From: Eledone cirrhosa | Lineage: Eukaryota | Assembly: GCA_964016885.1 (NCBI GenBank) | Contig: OZ024740.1 | Location: forward strand, 389,174,001-389,238,000 | Length of the DNA: 64,000 bases | Direction of reading: 5' to 3' | Shown here: piece after piece, positions 62,553-64,000 of the stretch | Layout of the letters: each line of letters opens with the position of its first letter | How positions within the stretch are numbered: the stretch's first letter is position 1 | The notes under the pieces: generated by a model | Told to the model about the DNA's origin: nothing | Databases searched by the model: none | The model's input: the letters and a program-made list of their open reading frames with translations, nothing else | Program-made: the position numbers and the translations under genes

Positions 62553-63159
62553 ACCTATATTTTCATTTAAGTAACTCCACTTACATCGATATGCTTTATT
62601 AAAATAACGCGTGGTAATACGGAAATAAATGATGTTTACGATTGAGAAGGTTGACGAAACTTTCACTTCTGACAGCTAATAGCATGGTAGTGCCATGTGT
62701 TTTGAACGAATATGTCCTTCGAAACGTCGGAATTTTTTTTTTTTCCTTGTAGTTAGTGGCGGGAGTAGACACTTGGAGTTGACAAGCTTTGAAGGTGAAT
62801 ATTACATCCGTCTCGCTTTGGAAGTAAATATTATTGTTGTTGTTGTTTTATTTGTTTTGTTTTGTTATTTTGTATTTTGAACGAATCTAACTATCAAAAC
62901 TGTCGGAAAGTATTCGTTCTTAGTTAACAGAGGGGTATTAAGTGTAACATTTACCTCCAAGCCTTAGAACTCAGAGATTGACACCACCCCACCCCGTTAA
63001 CTAAAAAATGAATAATTTCCGACAATTTTAATGGTCAGATTCGTTCAAAACACATCAAATACAATAGGTAAACAAATTTCACCTCCAAACCGTGTCTGAT
63101 TAACAATAAAAATTTACCAGAAAAAAAGTTGTATGATGAACAAGTTACAGCACGCACAC

Positions 63160-64000
63160 ATAAAGATTTTAAAATAAAGCAGAGGACAACTCGTTCGTAA
63201 AACAATTCTTCTTCTCCCGTTTGCCAACAAATGTGCAAACCATACTGGCAAATATAGTCGACACCAGTTCTCTGGACCAAATTGCAGCCTCAGCGGACTG
63301 CATAATGGAATTTTCTCGAGTACCTACTTCGGCAGATCCACACATTGCTTCTTCTACTTTTAAAGCACAGCCTATTCCACCTCGTGAGGACTCTATATTG
63401 AGAGCCATTGACGCGCTAACTCGTCAAGTGACTAAACTGTGTCGGGAACGAACACATTCCAGATGGCGTCCACGAAGTCGTTCTACTTCTTTTCATCGTC
63501 GCGCCAAAACCCCCGCCAACAACTCGTCTTTATGTTGGTATCACGTGCGTTTTCGTGAAAAGGCGAATCATTGTATTCAACCCTGCTCTTTCGGGACTTC
63601 GGAAAACTAAACCTGGAGAATCTGGGCGCGGCAGATCTCTCCACCATTAATTTTCCTTATCGTGCCTTTTTCATAAAAGATCGAATTTCAAACAAATCGT
63701 TTATGGTCGACACAGGATCTAGTTGCAGTATTTGGCCCCTTCGTTTCAGCTGTACCAAGCCAAATTTTTCCGGTATTTCCTTGTATGCAATAAACCAGTC
63801 TCCTATAAAAACTTATGGACAAATATCTCTATCATTGGACCTAGTTTTGCGTCGGGATTTCAAATGGATTTTCGTTGTAGCAGACCTACCCCACCCTATT
63901 CTCGGTGCGGATTTTTTACACCAGTACTCACTGTTAGTAGATGTCAGGAAACAGAAAGTTGTGGATGGCACCACATCTTTATCTACACCTGCTCATAGTT
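63160..64000 (+). mobile_element. Ty3/Gypsy LTR retrotransposon internal region: gag C-terminus and protease (continues past window)
   Basis: Gag LPTNVQTIL..ADCIME..CWYHVRF..KANHCIQPC, stop at 63610; -1 frame open to window end with FMVDTGS, IKTYG and PILGADFL aspartic protease motifs. No LTR seen upstream. Confidence 0.9.
63601..63643 (+). promoter_or_regulatory. -1 programmed ribosomal frameshift signal (gag-pol)
   Basis: G GAA AAC immediately before gag TAA; 6-nt spacer; hairpin TGGAGA-ATCTG(ggcgcgg)CAGAT-c-TCTCCA. Confidence 0.7.

Larger units (their letters stand above)
62058..62694. mobile_element. 637-bp MITE with ~254-bp TIRs (Merlin-like termini)
   Basis: 62058-62311 mirrors 62440-62694; ends GGCAC../..GTGCC fit the GGNRM Merlin terminus; flanks ATGTTTTC / ATGTGTTT are a possible decayed 8-bp TSD. 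Confidence 0.75.

Noticed and set aside
61900-62900. Histone gene or pseudogene explaining the stem-loops
   Set aside because: No histone-like translation recognised in the flanks or between the motifs; the motifs are part of the TIR unit.

Overview
AT-rich, microsatellite-dense animal DNA. The SINE, RTE and Dong repertoire suggests an octopus-like cephalopod (inference). The window is almost entirely transposable elements and no host gene could be identified confidently. It holds a Helitron remnant, RTE, CR1 and Dong/R4 LINE fragments, mariner, hAT, piggyBac and MULE-type DNA elements, and tRNA-derived SINEs. It also has a near-intact L1/Tx1 LINE with an uninterrupted 1139-aa ORF2 and the start of a Gypsy gag-pol with a -1 frameshift signal. 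Penelope-like elements (PLEs) of two clades are present: Hydra-like with C-terminal GIY-YIG, and Naiad-like RT. Structure not shown by the ORF track: (i) about 13 minimal type-I hammerhead ribozyme (HHR) motifs in PLE-style fold-back insertions, including a U3:A8 core-covariant pair and a 430-bp non-coding retrozyme-like unit; (ii) a 637-bp MITE whose long TIRs carry perfect replication-dependent histone mRNA 3' stem-loops; (iii) a SINE + PLE-terminus chimera present twice; (iv) a candidate HDV-like ribozyme at the 5' end of a non-autonomous RTE derivative. All calls were made by eye, boundaries are approximate, and no database search was run.
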